Shown here: positions 9,984-21,888 of the stretch, piece after piece
Numbering within the stretch: the first letter of the stretch is position 1
How the letters are laid out: each line of letters starts with the position of its first letter
Origin: Microgenomates group bacterium
GTDB lineage: Bacteria; Patescibacteriota; Microgenomatia; Daviesbacterales; UBA10151
Reading direction: 5' to 3'
Assembly: GCA_041659805.1 (NCBI GenBank)
Contig: JBAZXP010000001.1
Span: 880,224 to 944,223, forward strand
DNA length: 64,000 bases
Position numbers and translations under genes: made by a program
Notes under the pieces: model-generated
What the model was told of the DNA's origin: nothing
Database searches by the model: none
The model's input: the letters and a program-made list of their open reading frames with translations, nothing else

Positions 9984-11192
9984 TTACTTTATGTTTGTTG
10001 TCAACTGGTAAATAGGCAGGATTATTGAAATAACCAAGAAACCAACCCCAATACCTAAAACCACCAAAACAATCGGCTCAATCAATGTAGTTACGTTTTT
10101 TAATGAGTTATCTGATTCTGACTCAAAATAATCAGCCAATTTGAACATAATTTCATCTAGTTTTCCTGTCTCTTCGCCGGTTTTAATCATCTGCCCGATA
10201 ATCCGGGGGAATTCTTTCAGCCTCAAAATCTGACTTGAAAAGGATAATCCTCTTTCAACACCCTGATAAGCAAGCTCTAAACCATCCTGATAAACACGGT
10301 TCCCGGTTATTGCTGCCACTATTTTAATTGAATCCAAAATTGATAATCCGGAAGAAACCAATAAACCAAATGTTCTGGTAAAACTTGTTAAAATAATAAG
10401 GGAAGTGATCTTACCGATAACAGGAGCCCTCAGTAAAAAAGAATCGATCCTTAAACGTCCATCAGCTGTTTGGGAATATCTTCTGAAAGAGATAATCATA
10501 ATTACTAAAACTATCAGCAAGGCCCACCAATAACCCAGCATAAAATTAGAAAAACCAATCATGATTTGTGTAGGTAACGGAAGCTCAATATTAGATTCAC
10601 TATATAAGCCCAACAGCTTAGGCATAACAAAAAATACCATTATTAACATCACACCAATCATCATGGTCATAACCACAACCGGATAAATCATTGCTCCTCG
10701 GATTTTGCCCTGAAATTCTCTTTCTTTTTCCAGATTGGTTGCCAATTGCAAAAGTATAGTATCTAATTTTCCTGATGCCTGACCGGCTGCAACTAACTGG
10801 CTATAAATTGGAGGGAAAACTTCCGGAAATTTTTGTAAAGCTGAAGCAAAATCTAAACCGCCTTTAATATCTGCCAAGATATCTGCCAAAACCTTCTTAA
10901 ACTTCTTATTTTCCTGTTGGTCCTGCAAAATATCCAAGGCCTCTGATAAAACAAGTCCTGCCTGAATCATCGTAGCCAACTGACGGGTCATAATAACAAC
11001 CGCGCTAAACGGGATTTTATTAAAGGTCTTTTCAAAAAGATTCTCTTTATTTTTATTTTTTTCTTTGATGGAAATGATAATTAATCTTTTGCGTCGGAGT
11101 AGGGTAGCAGCTTGAAATTCATCGACAGTTTCAACATCACCCTTGTGATATTCTCCGTTCATGTCTTTGGCTGTGTATGAAAATACAGGCAT
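9984..11192 (-). CDS. pilC: Type IV pilus platform protein (GspF/PilC)
   Basis: TRQLATMIQAG, AMIYP, GEETGKLD, LIEP...ILPIY motifs. Confidence 0.95.
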   Translation of the reverse strand: MPVFSYTAKDMNGEYHKGDVETVDEFQAATLLRRKRLIIISIKEKNKNKENLFEKTFNKIPFSAVVIMTRQLATMIQAGLVLSEALDILQDQQENKKFKKVLADILADIKGGLDFASALQKFPEVFPPIYSQLVAAGQASGKLDTILLQLATNLEKEREFQGKIRGAMIYPVVVMTMMIGVMLIMVFFVMPKLLGLYSESNIELPLPTQIMIGFSNFMLGYWWALLIVLVIMIISFRRYSQTADGRLRIDSFLLRAPVIGKITSLIILTSFTRTFGLLVSSGLSILDSIKIVAAITGNRVYQDGLELAYQGVERGLSFSSQILRLKEFPRIIGQMIKTGEETGKLDEIMFKLADYFESESDNSLKNVTTLIEPIVLVVLGIGVGFLVISIILPIYQLTTNIK

Positions 11193-11196
11193 AATA

Positions 11197-12249
11197 TTAC
11201 CCTAAAATTTTGGCTAACAAGTCCGGCCTTAAACTGTAAGCCTGGGCCATCTCAAAAGTTATTTTGCCTTCTCTTACCAACTTAGCAAGAGACGCCTCCA
11301 TCGAGATCATTCCCAGCTCACCGGAAGTTTGAATCAAATTATCAATCATATGAGTTTTTGCGTCACGGATCAAAGATGAAAGCGCATTGTTTTTAAGCAA
11401 CAATTCAACTGCTAAAACTCGTCCCGGGATAATTGTCGGAATCAGTCTTTGAGAAATAATTGCCTCTAAAACCGCGGCCAATTGTAACCTGATTTGGGGC
11501 TGTTGGTTTTCAGGAAAAACATCGATCATACGGTCGATTGATTGAGCCGCAGAATTGGTATGTAATGTGGCAAATACCAAATGACCTGTTTCTGCAATAG
11601 TTATTGCCGCAGCAATTGTTTCGTAATCACGCATTTCTCCCACCAACACAACATCAGGATCTTCACGAAGAGCTGCTCTTAAGGCGTTCGGCCAGGTTTT
11701 GGTATCCAGTAAAAGCTCTCTTTGAGAAACTATTGATTTGCCCTTCGGATAAACGTACTCAATCGGATCTTCTATTGTTAATATATGAGACGTGTGTTCC
11801 TTGTTAATCTGGTTAATCATAGAAGCGAGTGTTGTTGATTTACCGTGGCCGGTCGGACCGGTAACTAAAATAAAACCCTGACGGGGAATAATTAACTTTT
11901 TAGTTGCATCAGGTAAGCCCAATGTGCTCATATCCGGAATTTGTAATGGAATTAGCCTTAAGGCAGCCGCCAAATGACCCTGCTCTTTAAAAAGATTCAC
12001 CCTGAACCTGGCTTTATCTTCAAAAGACATGCCAAAATCAAGTTCCAGATTTTCATCAAAAGCCTTCTTTTGATTTACCGAAAGCAGGGGAGTTACCAAA
12101 CCGATAACATCAGAATTAGAAAGAGGAGTAGTGCCTGCAATTGGCAATAGCTCTGAATGAATGCGGAGGGATGGTGGATAACCCACCACAAGATGTAAAT
12201 CTGAAGCTTTTCTGGCAACTGCAATATCTAATAGTTGATGTATATTCAT
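11197..12249 (-). CDS. pilT: Pilus retraction ATPase
   Basis: ASDLHL, GPTGHGKST, TIEDPIE, ALREDPD, ETGHLVFATLHT. Confidence 0.96.
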   Translation of the reverse strand: MNIHQLLDIAVARKASDLHLVVGYPPSLRIHSELLPIAGTTPLSNSDVIGLVTPLLSVNQKKAFDENLELDFGMSFEDKARFRVNLFKEQGHLAAALRLIPLQIPDMSTLGLPDATKKLIIPRQGFILVTGPTGHGKSTTLASMINQINKEHTSHILTIEDPIEYVYPKGKSIVSQRELLLDTKTWPNALRAALREDPDVVLVGEMRDYETIAAAITIAETGHLVFATLHTNSAAQSIDRMIDVFPENQQPQIRLQLAAVLEAIISQRLIPTIIPGRVLAVELLLKNNALSSLIRDAKTHMIDNLIQTSGELGMISMEASLAKLVREGKITFEMAQAYSLRPDLLAKILG

Positions 12250-12250
12250 T

Positions 12251-13960
12251 TTATTCTTCAGCCACCCTCAGAACTTCTTCCAGGCTGGTAACTCCTTCTA
12301 ATGCCTTCATATACCCGTCTTGTTTTAAAGTTATCATACCTTCTGCTATTGATTCAGTTTCGATTGCCTGAGCAGAAGCGCGTTCCAAAATCATTTGCAT
12401 TATTTTAGAAGAAACCGTAAGAACTTCGAAGATTCCGATTCTTCCCTGATAACCCGTTCCGCCGCACTCTGCACATCCGCCACCCTTAAAAAGTAAAATC
12501 GGTTTTTCTGCAGGGTAAAGTTTACCTAAAACCTTTCTAAAACTAGCCTGAATTTCAGGCAAAGGAGTATAACTGCTTTTGCAGTGAGGACAAATTTTTC
12601 TTAAGATCCTTTGACCGACACAAGCATTAATAGACGAGGCTAAAAGAAACGGTTCCATACCCATATCTAAAAGTCGAGGCAGAGCACCAGAGGCTGTGTT
12701 TGTATGCAAAGTCGAGAAAACCTGATGACCGGTTAAGGCTGCCTGAATTGCGAGCTCGGCTGTTTCAGCATCCCGAACCTCTCCTACCAACATGATATTA
12801 GGATCCTGTCGCAAAAACGACCTCAAGGCGGATGCAAAAGTTAAACCAATTGTCGGGTTAACCTGAACTTGATTGGCTCCCGGAATCTGGTACTCAACCG
12901 GGTCCTCAACAGTCACCATATTTACTTTTGTGGTTGAAAGTCTGGTCAAAACAGAATAAAGGGTCGTGGTTTTACCGCTACCCGTAGGACCGCAGATTAA
13001 AATGATACCATGAGGTCTTAAAATTTGAACCTCAAAGTTCTTTAAAGCAATACCGCGCAACCCCAATTCCTGTAAAGTCGGAGGAATGGTTGTTTTAGGC
13101 AACAACCTCATCACGACTTTTTCGCCATAAATTGTCGGAACAGTTGAAACACGCAGATCATATATGTCTTTACCGGCACTGTAACTAAAACGTCCGTCTT
13201 GCGGCAATCTTTTCTCTTCAATCTTTAAGTTAGACAATATCTTGATTCTGGAAACAAGGGCATCGTGCACTGTTCTGGGTAAAATAATTTTTTCATGCAA
13301 AATTCCGTCAATACGATAGCGCACTCTAGTCCGGTCATCTAATGGCTCAATATGAATATCTGAAGCCCTGCTTGACACTGCAAATTGAAGAAGTTGGGTA
13401 ATAATGTTGGCCACAGGTGCTTCATGAATAACCTCAGCCTTCTCTTCTTGAGCTTCAGCTGCTTTCTCTGACTGTAGCTCTGACACCTCTTTCAATGCAG
13501 ATGTCACCTCTGAGGTTAGATTTTGAGAATACTGATCATTTATAGCTTTCGTGATATCTTCAGTAACAGCCAAATATGGTTTTACATATAGGGCAGACTT
13601 TTTCTCAATGAATTGAATAACCTGTAAGTCCAAAGGATCTGCCATAGCCACAAATAATTTATCGCCTTTTTTGTCAAAAGGAATAATGCGGTATCGCCTG
13701 GCAACCACCTCCGGAACAAAATTTAAAACTTCAGAGGAAACAGCTTTACCTTCGAGGTTAATAAAAGGAACTCCCATCAAAGTAGCTCTGGCAGCTGCCA
13801 TTTTAGCCGGAGCGACCAATTGATGTTGAGCAAGTATCTGTTCTGTTGTTTGACCGCTGTTAATTGCTTCTAATTTAATTGCAGAAAGTTGCTGTTGAGT
13901 AATAATACCCTGCTTAAATAAAACATCTTCTATACCAAATTGTTCTTGGGCAGTTGCCAT
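12251..13960 (-). CDS. pilB: Pilus assembly ATPase (GspE/PilB)
   Basis: ASDIHIEP, RLPQDGR, GPTGSGKTT, LRQDP, tetracysteine CPHC...CAEC. Confidence 0.96.
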   Translation of the reverse strand: MATAQEQFGIEDVLFKQGIITQQQLSAIKLEAINSGQTTEQILAQHQLVAPAKMAAARATLMGVPFINLEGKAVSSEVLNFVPEVVARRYRIIPFDKKGDKLFVAMADPLDLQVIQFIEKKSALYVKPYLAVTEDITKAINDQYSQNLTSEVTSALKEVSELQSEKAAEAQEEKAEVIHEAPVANIITQLLQFAVSSRASDIHIEPLDDRTRVRYRIDGILHEKIILPRTVHDALVSRIKILSNLKIEEKRLPQDGRFSYSAGKDIYDLRVSTVPTIYGEKVVMRLLPKTTIPPTLQELGLRGIALKNFEVQILRPHGIILICGPTGSGKTTTLYSVLTRLSTTKVNMVTVEDPVEYQIPGANQVQVNPTIGLTFASALRSFLRQDPNIMLVGEVRDAETAELAIQAALTGHQVFSTLHTNTASGALPRLLDMGMEPFLLASSINACVGQRILRKICPHCKSSYTPLPEIQASFRKVLGKLYPAEKPILLFKGGGCAECGGTGYQGRIGIFEVLTVSSKIMQMILERASAQAIETESIAEGMITLKQDGYMKALEGVTSLEEVLRVAEE

Positions 13961-14044
13961 AATAATATATGTCCGATATTACGGACCCCTCTTTATCTAT
14001 TATTGCCTGAGTGAGTATAGGTGTCAATGATATATAATCTGTTC

Positions 14045-14704
14045 ATGATTCCGAAATTAATTATCCACCCACAGATAAGTGAACGGGAACAGCATATTCA
14101 AAATTTGGTTTCTGATTTAGGGTTTAATCAAAACCATCCTGATTTATTATGGTTCGGACCCGAAGAAAAAATGGGTATGGATCAGGCTAAAAAAATCAAA
14201 AACTTTCTTAAACTTAAGCCCTATCAGGCTTCAGGACAAATGATAGTCATTGTTGCTTCTGAAAAACTGACGTCTGACGCCCAAAATGCATTACTTAAAA
14301 CCCTTGAGGAACACGCTGATGGAGTTAATTTAATTCTGGGAGCGGGCCAAGAAGATCAATTACTTGAAACTCTAATTTCCCGCTGCCAAATAATTAATTT
14401 AAATCAAAATACTAACAGAGAAAGCCCGGAAGCATTAAATAAATTATCCAAACAAATAGAAACTTTAGCAACGTCTTCCACAGAGGAACGTTTTAAATTT
14501 ATTGAAAAATTGGAGGATAAAGATTTATTTTTATTGGCATTAACTCATTATTTCAGAGATAAGCTTCCACGAGAAGAGTCTGTCTACTTTTTAAAGGACT
14601 TACTGACTGCTCAAAAATGGGCAAATCAGAATGTTAATATCAGGGCAATTTTAGAATATTTAATGCTGAAAATGCCTAAAAAAAATTTAAGGCAAAAATG
14701 TTAG
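14045..14704 (+). CDS. holB: DNA polymerase III delta'-like clamp loader subunit (short form)
   Basis: HPD, AQNALLKTLEE and TLISRC motifs; TATAAT 6 nt before ATG 14045. Confidence 0.8.
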   Translation: MIPKLIIHPQISEREQHIQNLVSDLGFNQNHPDLLWFGPEEKMGMDQAKKIKNFLKLKPYQASGQMIVIVASEKLTSDAQNALLKTLEEHADGVNLILGAGQEDQLLETLISRCQIINLNQNTNRESPEALNKLSKQIETLATSSTEERFKFIEKLEDKDLFLLALTHYFRDKLPREESVYFLKDLLTAQKWANQNVNIRAILEYLMLKMPKKNLRQKC

Positions 14705-14705
14705 A

Positions 14706-14731
14706 GTTTAGATTGTTAAAACAATCTAAAC
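14706..14731. promoter_or_regulatory. Perfect 12-bp inverted repeat upstream of the gyrB promoter
   Basis: GTTTAGATTGTT-AA-AACAATCTAAAC. Confidence 0.5.
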
Positions 14732-14775
14732 CAACTACACATATTTGCATAAATTTAACTAACCTGTTAATATAA

Positions 14776-16737
<1,962 letters not shown>

Positions 16738-16745
16738 TCCCAGAA

Positions 16746-17510
16746 ATGGACAAATTTGATCCAAGTAATTTAGCCGCCATTGTGCTTGCAGGAGGCAAGG
16801 GAACCCGAATGCAGACAACTCTACCCAAAGTTTTACATCACATTGTTGATAAACCGATGATTTTTTATACACTGGAAAACATCAACAAACTGGGCTTAAA
16901 CCAAATTTATGTTGTTGTGGGCCACCAATCTGAAAAAGTAAAAGAAAAAATCTGTTCCAAATTTAATTGTGAATTTGCCTTACAGGAAAAACCAATAGGA
17001 ACAGCTGATGCAGTCAGAACAGGACTTGAAAATGTTGACGAAAATGTTGAAGAGATTATTGTAATGAATGGTGATGATTCAGCGTTTTATAAAGTTTCAA
17101 CATTGAAAAATTTTTTAGCATCGCATATCGGAAGTAAATGTCCGGTCAGTATGATGACAATTAATATCAAAAGAGAAAGAAGACTGGGAAGAATCATCAG
17201 AGACATAAAGGGTAATTTTGAAAGTATCATCGAAGCAGAAAAAGATCCTTCAAAGGGAATCACCAGTGATGAAATTAATTGCGGACTATATGTTTTTAGT
17301 AACGAATGGCTAAAGGCAAATATCAATAAAATTAAGTTGAGTGATAAAGGAGAGTATTATTTAACTGATATTTTTAACCTGGCAAAGAAAAAAGGAGACT
17401 GTATCAACCTATTCCAACTTAAAAATAAAGATGAATGGGTGGGAGTAAATACGCCTGATGAACTGATGTTAGCAAACGAAAAAATGAAGAAAAAATTAAT
17501 TAAGAAATGA
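16746..17510 (+). CDS. GlmU-like nucleotidyltransferase (N-terminal domain only)
   Basis: LAGGKGTRM...PKVLH, GTADAV, EINCG, GEYYLTD, GVNT; no beta-helix acetyltransferase domain. Confidence 0.85.
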   Translation: MDKFDPSNLAAIVLAGGKGTRMQTTLPKVLHHIVDKPMIFYTLENINKLGLNQIYVVVGHQSEKVKEKICSKFNCEFALQEKPIGTADAVRTGLENVDENVEEIIVMNGDDSAFYKVSTLKNFLASHIGSKCPVSMMTINIKRERRLGRIIRDIKGNFESIIEAEKDPSKGITSDEINCGLYVFSNEWLKANINKIKLSDKGEYYLTDIFNLAKKKGDCINLFQLKNKDEWVGVNTPDELMLANEKMKKKLIKK

Positions 17511-18796
17511 AAAAGGTACATTTTTTAGGGATTGGGGGGTCCGGTACTTCAGCTGTTGCTAAAATTGCAGAAGCTCAAGGGTTTAAAATAACAGGCTGTG
17601 ACCTTGATATTGATAATGAATTTACAACAGGCTTTAAAAAAGACCAGCTCTTCATAGGCCATTCTCCTAAACACCTTGAAAACATTGATATTCTAGCGAT
17701 AACTCCTGCGATTTATTCACTTAATCCTGATAATCCTGAACTTTTAGAAGCCAAGAAAAAAGGAATAGAGATTTTAACCTGGCAGGAATTTATGGGTAAA
17801 TACCTGGAAAAGGGGAAGTTCGTCATTGCTGTTTGCGGAACGCATGGAAAATCCACCACCACTGCTATGATTGGAAAAATATTGGAAGATGCCGGCCTTG
17901 ATCCGACAGTAGAGTTGGGAGCAATTGTTCCAGAGTGGGGAACTAATTACCGTGTGGGACAAAGCCAGTATTTTGTGACAGAAGCTGATGAATTTAATGA
18001 TAATTTTCTTACTTCACATCCTGATATTACAGTTGTCACAACGATAGAAATGGATCATCCTGAATATTTTAAAGATTTTGAAACTTACAAGGGATCTTTC
18101 GGTAAATTCTTAGGACAAACAAAAGAAAAAATTATTGCCAATTTATCAGATAAGGGAGTAACAGAGGTTTTAGCTTTACACACCGGGAGTCACTCCCGAT
18201 GTGTAGGCACAGTTATTAATTATTCAAAGATATTAATTGATTTTCCCTTAAAAATACCCGGGGGATTTAATATTTTAAATGCTTCAGCAGCTTTTCAGGT
18301 TGGACTAGCTTTGGGAATTGAACCAAAAATTATAAAAAAGAGTTTAGAAAAGTTTACTGGAATTGGTAGGAGATTTGAATATTTAGGAGAAACCCGGGGT
18401 GCAAAAATATATAGTGATTTTGGACATCATCCAACGGAAATAAAACTGACTTTAGAGACAGCACGAATGGAATTTCCTGAAAAAAAAATCACAATTATTT
18501 TCCAACCCCATATGTTTTCCAGAACTAAAGCCTTGTTTGATGATTTTGTAAATGTTTTGAAAAAAGCCCCTGTTGATGAAATTTTTATACTTGATATTTA
18601 TCCGTCCCGTGAAGTAGATACAGGGCTTGTCACAAGTAAACAATTGGTTGAAGCAATAAACGAAACAAATGTGATCTATATTCCTGAAAATAAAATATTA
18701 GAAAAAGTTGAATCTGAGCCTGAAAAATATGATATCTTATTTTTCCTGGGAGCAGGGAATACGCATAACTTAGCAAAAGAGCTGCTTAAAGATTAG
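17507..18796 (+). CDS. murC: UDP-N-acetylmuramate--L-alanine ligase
   Basis: HFLGIGGSG, GTHGKSTT, EADE, DHPE, GIGRRFE, HHPTE, FQPH. Confidence 0.93.
   Translation: MKKVHFLGIGGSGTSAVAKIAEAQGFKITGCDLDIDNEFTTGFKKDQLFIGHSPKHLENIDILAITPAIYSLNPDNPELLEAKKKGIEILTWQEFMGKYLEKGKFVIAVCGTHGKSTTTAMIGKILEDAGLDPTVELGAIVPEWGTNYRVGQSQYFVTEADEFNDNFLTSHPDITVVTTIEMDHPEYFKDFETYKGSFGKFLGQTKEKIIANLSDKGVTEVLALHTGSHSRCVGTVINYSKILIDFPLKIPGGFNILNASAAFQVGLALGIEPKIIKKSLEKFTGIGRRFEYLGETRGAKIYSDFGHHPTEIKLTLETARMEFPEKKITIIFQPHMFSRTKALFDDFVNVLKKAPVDEIFILDIYPSREVDTGLVTSKQLVEAINETNVIYIPENKILEKVESEPEKYDILFFLGAGNTHNLAKELLKD
18177..18205. repeat. REP-like palindrome inside murC
   Basis: TACACACCGGGAGT-C-ACTCCCGATGTGTA (14-bp arms, 1 mismatch), read in frame as part of LHTGSHSRCV. 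Confidence 0.65.
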
Positions 18797-19592
18797 TTAG
18801 AATAACTTTTTTGAGTCCTCCCGGAAGAGGATTCCCCAAAAACTGCTCAACCAAAAGCTGCACTCTATCTGGAGCATCAGTCACATAAATTTCAAGGCTA
18901 CCCTTAACTGGTTCATTATTCAATAATTCTTTTTCTTTTAAAATTGATTTTAAAGTTTCAGCTGTTGGATGAGCAGAATCAACTACTATCACATCGCTAC
19001 CTACCTCTTTTTGAATGGTGTTTAGCAAAAGAGGGTAGTGTGTACAACCTAAAATTAAAATATCTAGTGCTGCATTTTTAAATTCAGCCAAATATTCCCT
19101 GGCCAGAAGTTCTGTTGCAGGATGATCACCCAAACCCTCTTCAGCAATTGGCACAAATAAAGGACAACTTGCCGTAATAACATTAGATTCTGGATTTTTA
19201 TTTTTAATTTCTGTTTCATAAACCTTACTGCCAATTGTAGCCCTGGTTCCGATTACGCCAATCGTATTACCTTTACTTTTTCGAAGAGCATAATCAACAG
19301 TCGGATCAATCACACCTAAAACAGGTACTGGAGAAACCTCGATAATTTTATCCAAACAAACAGCAGAGATAGTATTACAAGCAACTACCAAAAACTTCAC
19401 TTTTTTGGAAAGCAAAAAATCTACCATTTCCAAGGCAAATTTTGTAATTACTTCTTTGCCTCTGGTCCCGTACGGGACACGGGCAGTATCACCTAGATAA
19501 GTAATATCTTCATGAGGCAAAGCTTTAACTATTTCTTTTACTACAGTTAAGCCGCCAATACCTGAATCAAGTACACCGATTGAACCTTGCAT
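18786..19592 (-). CDS. murI: Glutamate racemase
   Basis: DSGIGG, PYG, VACNT, LGCTHYP; start at ATG 19592. Confidence 0.96.
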   Translation of the reverse strand: MQGSIGVLDSGIGGLTVVKEIVKALPHEDITYLGDTARVPYGTRGKEVITKFALEMVDFLLSKKVKFLVVACNTISAVCLDKIIEVSPVPVLGVIDPTVDYALRKSKGNTIGVIGTRATIGSKVYETEIKNKNPESNVITASCPLFVPIAEEGLGDHPATELLAREYLAEFKNAALDILILGCTHYPLLLNTIQKEVGSDVIVVDSAHPTAETLKSILKEKELLNNEPVKGSLEIYVTDAPDRVQLLVEQFLGNPLPGGLKKVILTNL

Positions 19593-19633
19593 AGTGTTGT
19601 TAATTTTAACAGATTTGTCTAAAATATATCCAT

Positions 19634-20992
19634 ATGACGGATTTACACACAGAAGACAACACCCAGACAAGATTCAAAGGGAAAAAAGTATTGATTTTAG
19701 GATTGGGAGTCAACCAAGGTGGAGTAGGGGCAACCAAGTTTTTCGTTAAAGCAGGGGCGCAAGTAAAAGTAACAGATATCAAAAACAAAGAAAGCTTAGC
19801 CAGCTCACTGCAAGAATTGGAAGAATTTGCAGGAATAGAATACACTCTTGGAGAACATAAATACGAAGATCTCGATTGGGCGGATCTAATTATTAAAAAC
19901 CCAGCCATTAAACCTGACAATCCATACCTGTTATATGCTATAAATCATGATAAACAAATTGAGATGGACATGGGTATTTTCCTACAACTCGTGTCTCCGG
20001 CTCAACTCATAGGGATAACCGGCACTAAAGGAAAATCAACTACTTCTACTCTAATTTACGAAATCCTGAAAAAATCTAATGATAATGTAATATTTGCAGG
20101 AAATATCGGTAAAAGCATCCTCGATACAGTCCCAATAATGAATGCTGAGAGTACAATTGTTCTGGAGTTATCTTCTTTTCAGCTGGAAGCTTTTGCCTTA
20201 CATCACATCTCACCTCATATTGCAGTCATAACAAATATTTTTCCAGACCACTTAAATTATTACAATACGATAGAAGAGTACATTGAAGCCAAAAGATTAA
20301 TTGCTAGAGAACAAGAATTAACTGATTATTTAGTTCTCCGCAAAAATGATACTATTACCAGCTCTCCTCATTTTCAAAACAATTTGGTGGGTAAAATAAT
20401 TTATTTTTCTCCTGAGGATTTACCTTCAGATATTCAACTCAAAATACCTGGAGAATACAATCTTTATAATGCTGCAGCAGCACTCGCAGTTGCAAAAATC
20501 CAAGGAATAGATGAAAAAGATGCCCTAGATACAATCAAGAACTTTAGTGGAGTAGAGTATCGGCTGCAATTGGTAAAAGAAACAAATGGTATAAAAATTT
20601 ATAATGATTCAGCCTCAACCATGCCTGAATCTGCAATTTGGGCAATTAAAAGCCTTAAAAATAGCATCATGATTTGTGGTGGAATGAATAAAAATCTGAA
20701 TTACAAGGAAATGGCAGGAGCATTAGCCTCTGACGCCAAAATGATTTATTTTATTGACGGCGATGCAACAGATGAAATAAAAAAACAGCTATCAGCCATC
20801 AGTCCTCAGTCGTCAGACAAGATAAAAGGGACGTATAGCGATTTAGAAAAACTTCTGACTGATGTAAAAGCAGTTGCAAAACCAGGAGATACTATTGTAT
20901 TTTCACCCGGCGCAACTTCTTTTAATTTCTTTCAAAATGAGTTTGACAGAGCCCGTAGATTTAACACTGCTGTTGAAAAAGTCTTTGGTTAA
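19634..20992 (+). CDS. murD: UDP-MurNAc-L-Ala--D-Glu ligase
   Basis: ILGLG, ITGTKGKSTT, GNIG, ELSSFQL, DHLN, YNDS, FSPG. Confidence 0.95.
   Translation: MTDLHTEDNTQTRFKGKKVLILGLGVNQGGVGATKFFVKAGAQVKVTDIKNKESLASSLQELEEFAGIEYTLGEHKYEDLDWADLIIKNPAIKPDNPYLLYAINHDKQIEMDMGIFLQLVSPAQLIGITGTKGKSTTSTLIYEILKKSNDNVIFAGNIGKSILDTVPIMNAESTIVLELSSFQLEAFALHHISPHIAVITNIFPDHLNYYNTIEEYIEAKRLIAREQELTDYLVLRKNDTITSSPHFQNNLVGKIIYFSPEDLPSDIQLKIPGEYNLYNAAAALAVAKIQGIDEKDALDTIKNFSGVEYRLQLVKETNGIKIYNDSASTMPESAIWAIKSLKNSIMICGGMNKNLNYKEMAGALASDAKMIYFIDGDATDEIKKQLSAISPQSSDKIKGTYSDLEKLLTDVKAVAKPGDTIVFSPGATSFNFFQNEFDRARRFNTAVEKVFG
20785..20819 (+). repeat. Degenerate heptamer tandem array (TCAGnnn) in murD
   Basis: ACAGCTA TCAGCCA TCAGTCC TCAGTCG TCAGACA. 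Confidence 0.7.
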
Positions 20993-21741
20993 TTTACAGC
21001 CCACAGCATTTCAAAAATAGCTCTTTGAGAAGCGGCTATTGGCTGGCTTTCTAAAATAACCCCAATAATATCCTTGTTATAATCCAAAATTGCTACCTTA
21101 TTATCATAAATATAAGTTTCAGGACTAAATTTATATCCTTCTGGCAAAAGCTTTGTCTGACGTAAGCATTTACCATCAGATTTGATTAAAAGTTTCCCTT
21201 CTTTATTATTAACTGCCAAAACCCTGATGGGAATATTTCGTCTTACTCTTTCTTCAATAAATTTCAGGTGTAAATTTTCATTAAAAAATAAATTTTCTGT
21301 TTCCTGATTAGTCCAAAGCAAGACCTCACCCTTTGATGATAAAATATCTTTCCAGACAGAAAGTAAACCGTTGTTGCCTTCAAAAACCTTTGCCTTTGGA
21401 CGAATTTCAGAAACTTGATACATACTTTGTAATTCAGGCAAATTTTCCTCAAGCTCTACTTCTTGTCTGCGTAAGCTGCGTTGTTTAGCTGCAACCATTC
21501 TTAAAATATCTTTTGGTTCTGCTGTAAATATTGTTTTTTTATATGATTTTAAATCCTCTTTAATAAAACCCTTATTAGTAAGAGACTCTACCATCAGGTA
21601 AGCAGTAGAACGCTCAAGCTTTGATTCTTTGATCACTTCATTAATAGAAGCAGGTCCAACTTTAAAACATGCCAAGAAAAATTTAATTTCCTTGGGTGTT
21701 AAATCCAAAGACTGAAGCGATTTAATAATTATCTTATCCAT
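20989..21741 (-). CDS. TrmB-family transcriptional regulator (wHTH plus effector domain)
   Basis: L-x-L-T-x-x-E N-terminus, RSTAY...LxxKG HTH, FEG...G motif, IYDNKVAI; start likely ATG 21741. Confidence 0.85.
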   Translation of the reverse strand: MDKIIIKSLQSLDLTPKEIKFFLACFKVGPASINEVIKESKLERSTAYLMVESLTNKGFIKEDLKSYKKTIFTAEPKDILRMVAAKQRSLRRQEVELEENLPELQSMYQVSEIRPKAKVFEGNNGLLSVWKDILSSKGEVLLWTNQETENLFFNENLHLKFIEERVRRNIPIRVLAVNNKEGKLLIKSDGKCLRQTKLLPEGYKFSPETYIYDNKVAILDYNKDIIGVILESQPIAASQRAIFEMLWAVN

Positions 21742-21777
21742 ATAAGTAGGACTTATTTTACACCTATACTTCATTGA

Positions 21778-21796
21778 TGTCCAATGTTTTTGGACA
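21778..21796. promoter_or_regulatory. Candidate operator between the divergent TrmB regulator and aminotransferase-ddl genes
   Basis: TGTCCAA-N5-TTGGACA, overlapping a minus-strand TGGACA-17-TAAAAT promoter-like sequence. Confidence 0.55.
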
Positions 21797-21888
21797 ACTT
21801 GTCTTTTAGGTTCAATTTAAAGCTAATAAAAAATATCAAATCCAGTGATTCTTGTGAACCATAGTTATTCAACGTAGAATAACTATCT

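Noticed and set aside
13780-13960. c-di-GMP-binding MshEN motif in PilB
   Set aside because: The helical pattern is similar but the RLG residues are missing from both half-motifs.
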